DNA from: a bacterium
Lineage (GTDB): Bacteria; Desulfobacterota; DSWW01
Length of the DNA stretch: 64,000 nucleotides
Assembly (NCBI GenBank): GCA_040756235.1
Contig: JBFLZG010000114.1
Coordinates: 1-64,000 of the forward strand
Reading direction: 5' to 3'
Position numbers and translations under genes: made by a program
Notes under the pieces: model-generated
The model's database searches: none
Told to the model about the DNA's origin: nothing
Seen by the model: the letters and a program-made list of their open reading frames with translations, nothing else
Shown here: positions 27,782 to 37,370 of the stretch, piece by piece
Position numbering within the stretch: position 1 is the first letter of the stretch
Layout of the letters: each line of letters begins with the position of its first letter

Positions 27782-29217
27782 TGCTTCGGAAGGACCGCTA
27801 CCACCGGAAGCTCCAGGCTCTCGCTCACGTCTTCGCGGGTGCGGAACACCGGGTAGACGAACTCCTTGAGGAGGACGAGCCCTGTGCCGGCAACAAAGGC
27901 CACCAGGGCTCCGACCAGGATGTTGAGCAGCATTTTCGGTCTCACGGGCTGTGATCGAATCGCGGCCGGCTCGATGACGCTGATGTTGGAAATTTTTTGC
28001 TGGTCCATGCTCTCCGATATCTTCGCCTCTTCAAACTTGCTCAGATAGAGCTTGTAGTTCGACTCCCGGATGGCCACTTCCCGATGGAGCTCACCCAGGC
28101 GCTGCTCGATCCCATCAAACGATTTGAGCTTCTCCCGCAGAGTTGCAGCCTGGGCATCGCGGCTGGTCACTTTCGCCTGGAGGGCAGCAAGCTGGGCCCG
28201 CGCCTTCAGCAGATCGGTCTCGAGACTCTGGCGCAGGGGGCTCTCGCCCGAAACCACGGTGACCTGCCCCTTCTGCTCCTCCTCCGCGATCATCTTCCTG
28301 ACCCGGGCGGTCTCTTCCTTGAGGCCCTGCAGCTCCAGCTCGACGAGCCTGGCTTTCAGCGCCGCGAGCGTGCCCGATTGCTGGTTCACGGTTTCCTGGA
28401 GTCGAACGTTGTGGCTGAGCGAGGAAAGGCGCCTCTCGAGAGAGGCGATGAGCATCGAAGTCTCCCCGATCTCGCTTCGGGTCTGGAGGGTTTCCGCCTC
28501 CAGGCTGGAAAGGGTCTGAAGAAGGTTTGATTTCTGCTCGTTCAGAGACGTGATGGAGTACTTGCTCTTGAACGCCTCCAACTTCTTTTCAGACTCGGTT
28601 AGCTTCTCGCCCCACTGGTTGGCTTGGTTCTTGAGGAGATCGTACGTCTCCGGGTCGGTGTGCACCATCAGGTGATGGATCAGGTAGATGTCGACGAAGG
28701 TGTCGAGCGCCTGCTTGGCGACCTCCGGGTCCCCCCAATCAAAATTGAGGTCGATCACGTTGCTCTTGGGCACGACGGATACACCGAGTCTGGACTGGAT
28801 GATGCGGCTGGCAGTTTCGGCAGAAGGAAGCTCTTTCCTCCTGCCCCCCTTGAATACCAAAGCCTTGTAGCTGCGATCCGGGAAGCTGAACAGTTGCTCC
28901 AGGCCCATCCGCTCGATCAGCTTTCTTGCCAGCAGAGGGCTCTTCAGGATCTCGATCTCCGAGTTGAGCTTGTAGTCCTGGGTAGTGGAGCGGTCCGTCA
29001 CCACAGGCACGTCCCCGGCAGGGGAGACGTAGACGTCCTCCCTGCCGGGCTTGACGAGGAGGCGGGAGGAGGCCCGGTAAACGGGAGACTGCAGGAGGGA
29101 GCCGGCGGCGACGGCGAGGGCCGTCGCCACAACCAGGGCCAGGATCCTCCACTTGTTCTTTTTGAACCCGTGCCAGGCGATCTGGACTTTGACGAGGTTC
29201 AGAGTCGAGTTTTCCAT
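27778..29217 (-). CDS. Polysaccharide co-polymerase (Wzz/Wzc N-terminal, GumC-like)
   Basis: N-terminal TM, PVYRAS, EIEILKS, long coiled coil, P..PVRP plus C-terminal TM; start ATG 29217. Confidence 0.9.
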   Translation of the reverse strand: MENSTLNLVKVQIAWHGFKKNKWRILALVVATALAVAAGSLLQSPVYRASSRLLVKPGREDVYVSPAGDVPVVTDRSTTQDYKLNSEIEILKSPLLARKLIERMGLEQLFSFPDRSYKALVFKGGRRKELPSAETASRIIQSRLGVSVVPKSNVIDLNFDWGDPEVAKQALDTFVDIYLIHHLMVHTDPETYDLLKNQANQWGEKLTESEKKLEAFKSKYSITSLNEQKSNLLQTLSSLEAETLQTRSEIGETSMLIASLERRLSSLSHNVRLQETVNQQSGTLAALKARLVELELQGLKEETARVRKMIAEEEQKGQVTVVSGESPLRQSLETDLLKARAQLAALQAKVTSRDAQAATLREKLKSFDGIEQRLGELHREVAIRESNYKLYLSKFEEAKISESMDQQKISNISVIEPAAIRSQPVRPKMLLNILVGALVAFVAGTGLVLLKEFVYPVFRTREDVSESLELPVVAVLPKQ

Positions 29218-30545
29218 GGCGGCCTCCCCGGCCTCCAGCCAGGCTCCGGAACGTTCTCGAAAAGGTCCTTCTGCGCCGTGATCCTGGCCAGGTAGCGGTT
29301 GTCTTCGAACTCCTGGGTATCGATATTGGACGATCGCTCGATCCGCTGGTAGTCGAGCGACACGAACAGCCAGGGCAAGACCTGGCAAGTCAGAGAGGCC
29401 CTGCCGCTCAGGATCGTGTCTCTCCGGTCGATATCCTCGAAGTCGTCTCTTTCGATGTAGAAGTATCCTTCTGCCCAGAGTTTCTCGAGAACCTGGAGCG
29501 CCGGGTGCAGGCCGGCCCGCCAGAATTCATAGAACCCCAGCAGCTCCGCGCCCACGAAGTCCGCGTCGAATCCTCCCTCTCCATACGCCTCGACCTCCAG
29601 CCGCTTGTAGCTGCCGGAGAGGTCGGCGCGGCCGGAGGGACTCTCCCCTTCGTTGCGCGTCTCGTTGCGCAGGGCGTACCCCGCCGTGACGATGAGGAAG
29701 GTCGTTTCCGTGAACCGGTGTGAAAACCCGAGCCTCGGGTCGTGCACGGTGTAATCGGGGAAGCCCTCGGACTCTCGATCGAAGGCGACCCGGTCGTACC
29801 GGTACTCGGCAAGCAGTGCGGTCCTGGGGTTCAGCGAATGGGTGTAGCGGAAGAGCGCTACATCCTCATCGTGGGACCTTGAAGCTATGGGAGGTGTTGT
29901 CCCGCCGTAGTTCCGGTCGAACCGGTCGTAGACAACCTCGACCTGATTGGGAGCGTTGATCTGAAAAGACAGTGCGGCGCCGTAAGCGTTCCCGTCCTGG
30001 TCCGCCACGTCTTCGGCATCATTTCGAAGTAAGTTGTTCCGGTAGCGCAGGGTAATGGAGCGCCCCTCGCCGAAGCGGAAGCGGAGCTCGGGACGGACGA
30101 TGTTGCGGGTGTAACGGAACCTCTCACCCCTGCGGATGGAGGGGCGCTCGAAGGTCACCAGGCCGGTGAGCTCGACCGGATTTTCGGAGCGCACGAAGGC
30201 CTCGCTCAGAGCCAGCCTCAGGCGGCCGAAGTCTTTCCTGGCCTCCAGGTGGCCCAGATGGCCGGAATAATCCAGCTCCGGCGAATCCTGGAAAAAGGAC
30301 CTCGTGTACTGATAGTCCAGGACCACCTCGTCCGTGGGGCTCTGGTGCGCCAGGTCGATCCCCGGCGAAACGGTCGTGATGAAGTCGTCCGTCATGTCGT
30401 CATCGGAAAGAAACAGGTTGTCGTCGTACTGACCCTCGGCGTACAGGCGCGGGGTGATGCTCCAGCGCGCCGCCGCCGATCGAGGCAGCAGGGCGGCCGT
30501 GAGAATTGCCAGGAGGAGCAGGCGGAGGGTCGCGAGCCTCTTCAT
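29199..30545 (-). CDS. EPS-export outer-membrane beta-barrel (EpsX/VpsM-like)
   Basis: Signal peptide, ITPRL...YDDNLF...DDFIT.VSPGI, amphipathic strands, F.DNRY near end; adjacent to OPX. Confidence 0.82.
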   Translation of the reverse strand: MKRLATLRLLLLAILTAALLPRSAAARWSITPRLYAEGQYDDNLFLSDDDMTDDFITTVSPGIDLAHQSPTDEVVLDYQYTRSFFQDSPELDYSGHLGHLEARKDFGRLRLALSEAFVRSENPVELTGLVTFERPSIRRGERFRYTRNIVRPELRFRFGEGRSITLRYRNNLLRNDAEDVADQDGNAYGAALSFQINAPNQVEVVYDRFDRNYGGTTPPIASRSHDEDVALFRYTHSLNPRTALLAEYRYDRVAFDRESEGFPDYTVHDPRLGFSHRFTETTFLIVTAGYALRNETRNEGESPSGRADLSGSYKRLEVEAYGEGGFDADFVGAELLGFYEFWRAGLHPALQVLEKLWAEGYFYIERDDFEDIDRRDTILSGRASLTCQVLPWLFVSLDYQRIERSSNIDTQEFEDNRYLARITAQKDLFENVPEPGWRPGRPPWKTRL

Positions 30546-30551
30546 GCTGCT

Positions 30552-31202
30552 CTACGGGACCACGATCGTGTCGCCGCGTTTCAGGACGAAGTTTCGGGAC
30601 AGGTCTTCCCCGGAAACGATTTCGTTGTAGTTGACCCGCAGGCTCTCCTTGGAGCCGCCGCGCTGGGTAATCAGAGTGATCTTGCGCTTCTTGGCCCACT
30701 CGGTGAGGCCGCCGGCCATGGAGATTGCTTCAATGAGGGTGGTGCTGCCGGTGATCGGGTAGACGCCCGGCCTGACCACCCGACCCAGAACGCTCACCCG
30801 GCAGCTGTGGGTCGCCCGGACGATCACGGTGACCTTCGGGTTCTCCAGATAGGGGCTGAGGGCTTCGGCGATCCGGTCCTTGAGGTCCTGGACGGTGAGG
30901 CCTTCGGCCTGCACGTACTGGACCAGGGGGATGGATATCCGCCCGTCGGGCATGACGGTGACCTGCCTGGAGAGCTGGTCGTTCCGCCAGACGAATATCT
31001 CGAGCTCGTCCCCGATCCCGATCACGTAGTCACCGGGCACGGCCATGGGGAGCGCCGGGAGCATGTGCTCGGAAGCGCGTCCGTCCAGCGCGTCCGCCAG
31101 AATCGGGTCACCGGGCGGCAGCCCTGCCGGCCCTTGCCCGAGGGCGGCGGAGGCAGAGAGGGTCAGAACCAACGGGACGAAAACGGAGAAAAAACGTTTC
31201 AT
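30552..31202 (-). CDS. Short periplasmic OPX/Wza polysaccharide export protein
   Basis: DYVIGIGDELEI, DGRISIPL, SLBB motif AGGLT, ends GDTIVVP with no OM helix. Confidence 0.92.
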   Translation of the reverse strand: MKRFFSVFVPLVLTLSASAALGQGPAGLPPGDPILADALDGRASEHMLPALPMAVPGDYVIGIGDELEIFVWRNDQLSRQVTVMPDGRISIPLVQYVQAEGLTVQDLKDRIAEALSPYLENPKVTVIVRATHSCRVSVLGRVVRPGVYPITGSTTLIEAISMAGGLTEWAKKRKITLITQRGGSKESLRVNYNEIVSGEDLSRNFVLKRGDTIVVP

Positions 31203-31254
31203 TCTGCACCTCGCTCGAAGGCGTTCGCGGACTCATCCATGCTGCTGCGAGCGG

Positions 31255-31270
31255 TGCGCCTGCGGTGCCA
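31255..31270 (-). promoter_or_regulatory. Putative sigma54 promoter upstream of the OPX gene
   Basis: Minus strand TGGCACCGCAGGCGCA (GG-N10-GC), about 55 bp upstream of the start. Confidence 0.4.
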
Positions 31271-31414
31271 GGGCAAGGCTCCGCCCGCCCCTGCAGGGGA
31301 ACCTGATGACAAACCACCCCCTTTTGCGGACCAGAGCTGCTTCGATCTCAACGGACTCTTCTAAGGTGCCTTACATGGTTGCGCACAACTCCGGGACCTG
31401 CTCCCGGAAAATCT

Positions 31415-31987
31415 TCAGCATTTCTCGAGGCACCAGGCGGGGACCTCCACCCGGCTGCCTTCCCTGAGGAATCGCATCAGAACCTTGACGCGTCCTCGGC
31501 TGTCCGTGGATCCGTCGACGAGACCCATCAACCCCTCCAGGGGACCGCTCGTCACCCGGACCGGGTCCATGCGCCGCCATCGGTCCACGGGCCGAATGTA
31601 ACCTTCTTTTCCGGTTCTCTTTTCGAGGAAGTCGATGATGGAGTCATCCAGAGGAAGGGGCCCTTCCGTGTTTCCAACCATCCTCTTGACTCCCTTCGCC
31701 CAGATCACCTTGTAATAATCGTGCGGCACGGAAATCTTTACGAAAAGATAGCTTGGAAACAGCGGTACCACGCGCTTCTGCCGGCCCTGTGGCGCCGGGC
31801 GCCCTTCGTCGATCCGCGGCAGGAAGACATGGATCATCTTTTGTTCGAGGTGATCCCGGGCGACTTCTTCGGCGTGGGGCTTGGTGTAGACGACGTACCA
31901 GAGTAGCGTAGTGAGGGCATTGTGGCGGGGCATTTCCAGCCTGATCTCCGATCCATTTCCGCGGGACGCGGCCGGATGCAAATTCAT
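31415..31987 (-). CDS. NusG-paralogue antiterminator (RfaH/UpxY-like)
   Basis: WYVVYTKP..E NGN start, PLFPSYLFV, KOW VRVTSGPLEGLMG; first gene of the EPS locus. Confidence 0.9.
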   Translation of the reverse strand: MNLHPAASRGNGSEIRLEMPRHNALTTLLWYVVYTKPHAEEVARDHLEQKMIHVFLPRIDEGRPAPQGRQKRVVPLFPSYLFVKISVPHDYYKVIWAKGVKRMVGNTEGPLPLDDSIIDFLEKRTGKEGYIRPVDRWRRMDPVRVTSGPLEGLMGLVDGSTDSRGRVKVLMRFLREGSRVEVPAWCLEKC

Positions 31988-32030
31988 TCCCTCTGTGGAA
32001 AACTATGCTAACAAACCGTTCTGTAATACA

Positions 32031-32042
32031 TACACTACCGCA
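32031..32042 (-). promoter_or_regulatory. ops-like element
   Basis: Minus strand TGCGGTAGTGTA versus ops consensus GGCGGTAGnnTG, about 45 nt upstream of the antiterminator gene. Confidence 0.6.
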
Positions 32043-32110
32043 CTCGGCGAACATACGATGCCCGCAAATGATGGAAGGTTGCTCGGCGGGGAAAAAGATT
32101 CTCGGAGGCT

Positions 32111-32268
32111 TTCAAGCCGAGCTTGGCGAGCGCAGCGAAGTCGGAAATTTGCCAGGCCCTGCGAAGTCGGAGATTGTGAGGCTCTGTCAAGCCGAGCGTT
32201 GCGAGACCTGGGAGGTCAGAGAGTGCGGGGCTCTGAAAAAGTCGGAGATTGCGAGGCCTTGCGAAGCA
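32111..32268. repeat. Degenerate ~25-bp tandem repeat (6 units, 75-bp higher-order period)
   Basis: Units start at 32111, 32135, 32161, 32186, 32210, 32235; consensus approx. GCGAAGTCGGAGATTGCGAGGCYCT. Confidence 0.7.
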
Positions 32269-32325
32269 ACCTCCCGCCCCCCCCTGCTGCGGCGATCGGT
32301 TCGGCGGGTTCTTTCGGCGGGTCGT

Positions 32326-33255
32326 TCACTCCTCGCTGCGCACGGCGCCGGACCAGTGCACGCCGGGCGCTCCGGCTTGCTCCGCCGCCGCCTTGAGCGC
32401 CTCCATGCGTTCCCGGCTCATGAGCGCCGCGTCTCGCAGCGCAAAAGGGATGGCCAGCCGGTCGTATTGGCCGATGCAGAGATTGTTGAAGGCCAGCAGG
32501 TCGTAGCGCCTCACGTTCGGCATGTGTCGGGCGATGAAGCGCGCCACGGAGCTGACGTTCTCCACGCTGTCCGTGAATCCGGGAATCACGGGCGTGCGGA
32601 CCCAGATCGCGAGCTCCGGAATCTTCCCCAGCCGGCGCGCATTCTCCAGGATCGGCTCGAGGCGGACGCCGGTCATCTGTTCGTGCAGGGCGGGATCCAT
32701 CTGCTTCAGATCCAGGAGCAGCAGATCTACGTGAGGGACCACCTTCTCGTACCGGCCCCAGGCCGCGATGCCGCTGGTGTCCAGCGCCGTGGACAGCCCC
32801 TCGTCCTTGCACTGCCTGAGAAATGCTGCCACGAAATCGGCCTGGAGCATGGGCTCGCCGCCCCCCAGGGTGATGCCGCCGCCGCTGTTGCGGAAGAAAG
32901 GCTCGTCTTTCTTGACTTCCCGGACCAGCTCCGCGACGGACCATGGCTTGCCGACCACCTCGAGGGCGGCTGCCGGGCAGGCCTCCTCGCACCGGCCGCA
33001 GGCGCTGCAGCGCTCCCGGTCGATGCGCATGCCGCCGGCCGTGAGCTCGAGCGCCTGCTCCGGGCACGCCTTCAGGCAGTCCCGGGCTCCGATGCACCGA
33101 TTGGCGTACCAGAGGAGCTGGGGCTTCGGCGACATGCCCTCAGGATTGTGACACCAGGGGCAGGACAGAGGGCAGCCTTTGAAGAAGACCGTGGTCCGGA
33201 TCCCGGGCCCGTCTTCGGTGGAGAAACGCTGGATGTTGAAAATCGTCGCGTTCAT
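32326..33255 (-). CDS. Glycyl-radical enzyme activating enzyme (radical SAM with ferredoxin insert; BssD/PflC-like)
   Basis: IQRFSTEDGPGIRTTVFFKGCPLSCPWCHNPE, two CxxxxxCxxxCP-type insert motifs, GGGEP. Confidence 0.95.
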   Translation of the reverse strand: MNATIFNIQRFSTEDGPGIRTTVFFKGCPLSCPWCHNPEGMSPKPQLLWYANRCIGARDCLKACPEQALELTAGGMRIDRERCSACGRCEEACPAAALEVVGKPWSVAELVREVKKDEPFFRNSGGGITLGGGEPMLQADFVAAFLRQCKDEGLSTALDTSGIAAWGRYEKVVPHVDLLLLDLKQMDPALHEQMTGVRLEPILENARRLGKIPELAIWVRTPVIPGFTDSVENVSSVARFIARHMPNVRRYDLLAFNNLCIGQYDRLAIPFALRDAALMSRERMEALKAAAEQAGAPGVHWSGAVRSEE

Positions 33256-33299
33256 GGCCGTCCTACCCGTAGAGGCGAAAGATTTTTCGCCCCGGAATC

Positions 33300-36179
33300 T
33301 CAGGAGGTTTTGCCGAGCTCCTCACCCACCACTTTGCGGTACAGCTTGAGCAGCGCTTCGGGCAGGGACCAGATGTCCTCGATGACCATGTAGCGCGACT
33401 CGGGGCACATCCTTTTCAGGTAATCCTCCCCGTTACGGTCTACGGTGATGCAGTAGGTATGGGTGCCGTCCTCCTCGAGCTCGGCCAGAGCTCGGGCCGT
33501 ATCCTCGACCGCATAGTCGTGGCTCGAGCGGCTTTCACCGTAGTCCTGGTCCTGAGGAAAGCCGTCGCTGATGAGAAAAAGGTTTCGGCGGCGGGCTTCT
33601 TCCTTCCGCAGCTTGACCCTGCAGTGGCGCAGGGCCGTTCCCATGCGGGTGCTGCCGCGAGGCTCGACACCGCTGATCCGCTCCTTCACGAGGGTGCCGT
33701 ATCGCTCGGAGAACTCCTTGATCGCGTAGAACTCCACCTGCATCCGGCCGGCACCGGAAAATCCGTAGATACCGTAGCGATCGCCCAGCGGCTCCAGGGC
33801 CTCGGTCATGAGGACGAGGGCTTCTTTTTCGATGTCGATGATCCTCTTGGTCGCCGAGGGGCCGAGTTCGCCGCCATCGGGTTGCCCAACCGGCTCGCCG
33901 CGATGCGCGGAAAAGGCCCAGGAGGCGTGCGCCAAGGTGTCGTTGACGGGGTTCGATGCGTGTTGAAAGACAGGCGCCGTGCGGCCCTCCTCCTGCCCGT
34001 CCGGGACCCGCACCCGCTCGTCCGTGCTGGAGCTCATGTCGAGCAAAAACAGGGTGGAGACCTCGCGCTCGGTCCTCCGGCGTTCGCGGTACAGGCGGTC
34101 CGAGCCCGTGATCCCGCATTGCCGGTCCACGATCGACTCGATCGTGCGGTCGAGATCGATGTCGTCCCCGTCCAGCAGGGCCCTTTCCATCCGGTACCGC
34201 TCGGGCCGGAGCATCTCGAACTGCCTGCGCAGAGATGCAATGAGCGGCCCGTAGACGGTCCGGACCTCCCGGGCGAAGTCCTTCCGGCTCCTTATCGCTT
34301 CCTTCTCGAGCAGACGGCACCAGTCCTGCCGGTACTCCGCTATCAGCGCATCCCACTCATCATAGTAGAAGACTCTCTCCTCGGGATCGCGGAACGACCT
34401 GCGGCGCTCGCGGCGCAGGGCCCAGACCCTGCGCAGGCGATCTCCCTCGCGTTCCTCCGGCCGCTTGCGCAGGAGAGAATGGGGGCCCCGGGGTGCCTCG
34501 CAGAAAAAGATCAGCCCCTGCCGGGCATCTTCATCCGGCGCAAGGCTCAGGGCCGGCTCGAGCCCCTGCTCCAGCAGACGCTTGAGCTCCTCCAGGGACA
34601 GCGATTGCCAGGGGCCTTCTGCTGCCGGGCCGGAGGTGACTTCCCGCACCTCCTGCCGGGCCTGAAGCCCCTTCTGGGTGAGACCGATATCGGTGTGGCC
34701 CCGCATCTCGATGCGCAGGCCCAGCTCGCGCGCCGAGAGCGATTCACTGCCCGCATTCTGCCCGTCCGCATCGAGCTCGCCTTCCTGACGCAGACCCGAA
34801 AGGGCCTCGGACGGGGAGATCTCTTCCGGCTGCGCGAGCAGCGAAAACGCCGCGAGCGCATCCGCTTGCGCTTTATCCCGCGACTCCAGCTGCCGCCTGA
34901 AGAGCCCGTAGATCTCGGTCGCGGCGACGGCGGCGTCCTCCACGCTCGCGCCGGGCCGATAGCAGCCCCCGAGGAGGCGCCTCAGAGATTCGGAAAGGCC
35001 AAGGTGAGGGTCCGGGATCCGCACCCGATCCGGATCCAGCGACAGCCGCAGCAGGACCTCGAGGAGATCCTGCAGGCGGGTGCTCTCCGCCAGGGGAGGG
35101 CGCCGGGCGAGAAGGTCGTCCACGAAGAACCCCATGTCCCTTTTCAGGCCCGGGTAACGGAAGCGCAGATGCGCGTCCACCCGGCCGTCCTCCACCAGGG
35201 TGAAGATCGTCCGCGCCAGGCCGGGGGCCGGGAAGAGCCGGTAGAAGATCTGGATGTGGGACATGAAGTCGTCCTGCAGGCCGTCCGTCCGGATCGACGG
35301 TTTCCATCTGCCCAGGAGCGGATGGCGGGCGAGCGTCCTCAGGTATTCGAAGAGCGAGAAAGCGAACGTCCCGGCTTCGAAGTAGGCCGCCTGATGAGAG
35401 CACAAGATCTTGTAGTAGAGGACGTTTTCTGCGCGTGTGGGATAGTCTTCCACGCGCGGGGGCAGATAGATGGCAAGCCCGTCCGTGGAAGGGTAGATGC
35501 GCGACAGGAGCCCGGCCTGGGGCGTGAGGCCGTCTTCCGTGCTGCGCACCGCCAGAGGTCTGCCGCTCAGCCCGTGCGCGTAAAGGCGCAGCGATCCGCG
35601 CACCTCGGACAGGCTCACGCCCTGCGCTCCCACGCCGAGCGAGTCCCTGCCGGAAACCGTGGCGAGCGAAAAGAAAGCTTCTCCGGCCCGGTGGCCCTTC
35701 GCAAGGAGCCGGATCCCCTGTTCGACCCACGGGCCGATCCCCGCGGAGCCCAGGGCCTGATGGATGTGGTAGAAGTGAGAGAGGAAGCCGTAAGCAGCCA
35801 TGCCCGAGACAGCGGCCACGCGACGGGCCGCGCGGATGGCGACCGCGGTCGCTTCCTCGGGGAGCATTGCGAGCAGGTCCGGAAGGAACCGGAGCAGGGC
35901 CCTCGTGTGCTCCGGCACCGTCCTGGACATGAACAGGACCAGCTCCAGCCCTTCGGCGCTCAGGTCCGGAGTCAGCCGCGACCGGTACGCGTCCAGGAGA
36001 CTGCAAACCTCCCGGCGCCCCTTGTTCGAGACGGGTCCGCGACCGAGCAGCGCCAGAAGGATATCCTCCGCCACCCCTTCCGGCTCGGTTCGATCGAGGT
36101 CTCCGGGTGGTGCAAGGGGCCGCTCCTGTTCGAGGGTTTTCAAATCCAGGCTCCGCGTGGGGCGCTTGTCCTCCGTCAT
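33300..36179 (-). CDS. Large vWA-domain protein (NorD/CbbO/BssF-like)
   Basis: YDEWD..Y..DWC, DGDDIDLD, MIDAS LLDMSSS, TRMGTALRH, LISDGFPQD.DYG. Confidence 0.9.
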   Translation of the reverse strand: MTEDKRPTRSLDLKTLEQERPLAPPGDLDRTEPEGVAEDILLALLGRGPVSNKGRREVCSLLDAYRSRLTPDLSAEGLELVLFMSRTVPEHTRALLRFLPDLLAMLPEEATAVAIRAARRVAAVSGMAAYGFLSHFYHIHQALGSAGIGPWVEQGIRLLAKGHRAGEAFFSLATVSGRDSLGVGAQGVSLSEVRGSLRLYAHGLSGRPLAVRSTEDGLTPQAGLLSRIYPSTDGLAIYLPPRVEDYPTRAENVLYYKILCSHQAAYFEAGTFAFSLFEYLRTLARHPLLGRWKPSIRTDGLQDDFMSHIQIFYRLFPAPGLARTIFTLVEDGRVDAHLRFRYPGLKRDMGFFVDDLLARRPPLAESTRLQDLLEVLLRLSLDPDRVRIPDPHLGLSESLRRLLGGCYRPGASVEDAAVAATEIYGLFRRQLESRDKAQADALAAFSLLAQPEEISPSEALSGLRQEGELDADGQNAGSESLSARELGLRIEMRGHTDIGLTQKGLQARQEVREVTSGPAAEGPWQSLSLEELKRLLEQGLEPALSLAPDEDARQGLIFFCEAPRGPHSLLRKRPEEREGDRLRRVWALRRERRRSFRDPEERVFYYDEWDALIAEYRQDWCRLLEKEAIRSRKDFAREVRTVYGPLIASLRRQFEMLRPERYRMERALLDGDDIDLDRTIESIVDRQCGITGSDRLYRERRRTEREVSTLFLLDMSSSTDERVRVPDGQEEGRTAPVFQHASNPVNDTLAHASWAFSAHRGEPVGQPDGGELGPSATKRIIDIEKEALVLMTEALEPLGDRYGIYGFSGAGRMQVEFYAIKEFSERYGTLVKERISGVEPRGSTRMGTALRHCRVKLRKEEARRRNLFLISDGFPQDQDYGESRSSHDYAVEDTARALAELEEDGTHTYCITVDRNGEDYLKRMCPESRYMVIEDIWSLPEALLKLYRKVVGEELGKTS

Positions 36180-36195
36180 CCGGACCGCCCGGGCG

Positions 36196-37116
36196 TCAGG
36201 GAAACAAGGAGTCGATGAGCTTCTCCACCGCCCGGTTCATTTCCGCGTCATCCGTGAGCGACTGCGAGAGGGTCACCCGGCAGGCGACCCTGGGCGCGAT
36301 GCCGCTCAGCATGAGTTGGCCCGCGTAGATGAGGAGCCGCGTGCTGACTCCCTCGTCGAGCCCCTGTTGCTTGAGATGGAGGATCTTCTCCCCGAGCACG
36401 GCCAGTTGCATGGCCTCGGCCATGGGAAGGCCGCTCTCGTGGGCCACGATCTTCGCGTTCATCTCTGCCGGAGGGTAGTGGAACTCGATCGACACGAAGC
36501 GCTGGCGCGTGCTGGGCTTCAGGTCCTTGGCCACGCTCTGGTATCCGGGGTTGAAGGAGACGACCAGGAGGAAATCGGGATGGGCCTCCAGGATCTGCCC
36601 TTTCTTCTCGATGGGCAGGAAGCGGCGGTGGTCGGTAAGAGGATGAATGAGCACCAGCGTGTCCTTGCGGGCCTCCACGACTTCGTCGAGGTAGCAGATG
36701 GCACCCGTGCGGACCGCCTTGGTGAGGGGGCCGTCCACCCAGACCGTTTCGCTCCCCTCGATGAGGTATCGGCCGACCAGGTCGGTTGCCGTCAGGTCCT
36801 CGTGGCATGCCACGGTGACGAGCGCCAGCGAGTCGAGATCCCGCTCGACCGAGTGCGCGGCGGCTGCCGCACCATGCGGCGGCCCCCCTTCTTCCTTCCC
36901 GATCCCGCCCCTGAGGCGCCAGGTCATGTACTCGAGAAAACGGGTCTTGCCGCAGCCGGTAGGCCCCTTGAGGAGCACGGGGAGCCGGTTCTCGTAGGCG
37001 GCCTCGAACAGGCCGATTTCCTCGCCGACCGGAAGATAGAAGGGCTCCTCTTCCCGTCGGGACCCGATTTCATTCACGGTCGTCTTGCGCGCCGGCTCGG
37101 TCTTGACAATGGCCAT
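36196..37116 (-). CDS. CbbQ/NirQ/NorQ (MoxR-clade) AAA+ ATPase, BssE-like
   Basis: GPTGCGKT, CHEDLTATDLVGRY, YLDEVVEARKDT, SFNPGYQ, LKPSTRQRF, STRLL. Confidence 0.95.
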   Translation of the reverse strand: MAIVKTEPARKTTVNEIGSRREEEPFYLPVGEEIGLFEAAYENRLPVLLKGPTGCGKTRFLEYMTWRLRGGIGKEEGGPPHGAAAAAHSVERDLDSLALVTVACHEDLTATDLVGRYLIEGSETVWVDGPLTKAVRTGAICYLDEVVEARKDTLVLIHPLTDHRRFLPIEKKGQILEAHPDFLLVVSFNPGYQSVAKDLKPSTRQRFVSIEFHYPPAEMNAKIVAHESGLPMAEAMQLAVLGEKILHLKQQGLDEGVSTRLLIYAGQLMLSGIAPRVACRVTLSQSLTDDAEMNRAVEKLIDSLFP

Positions 37117-37189
37117 GGTTCGTTCCGAATCAGAGGAGAGCGTTTGGGGTGGAGAGAGGGCCTGGCCTGCGTCTGTGGAGCGGCTCCGG

Positions 37190-37219
37190 AGTATATCGCC
37201 GCCTCCTTCCGGGGGTCAA
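37190..37219 (-). promoter_or_regulatory. sigma70-type promoter of the AAA+/vWA/activase operon
   Basis: Minus strand TTGACC-N18-TATACT, about 75 bp upstream of ATG 37116. Confidence 0.7.
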
Positions 37220-37370
37220 GGATCCGCTCGCGCAGAGCGAGGGCCGCCACGACTCTCTATTTCAGCCCCTTGCACTCGTCCCGGCATCCCTCCACGGGAC
37301 GCCGGGCCGGGGTGTCTCCCGCGAGACAATAAATTAAAGATGCACCGCTCTCCGCTGGGGGTTCTGAGAG

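Noticed and set aside
32111..32268. Possible CRISPR array
   Set aside because: Units abut without spacers, are highly degenerate, and no cas genes are present.
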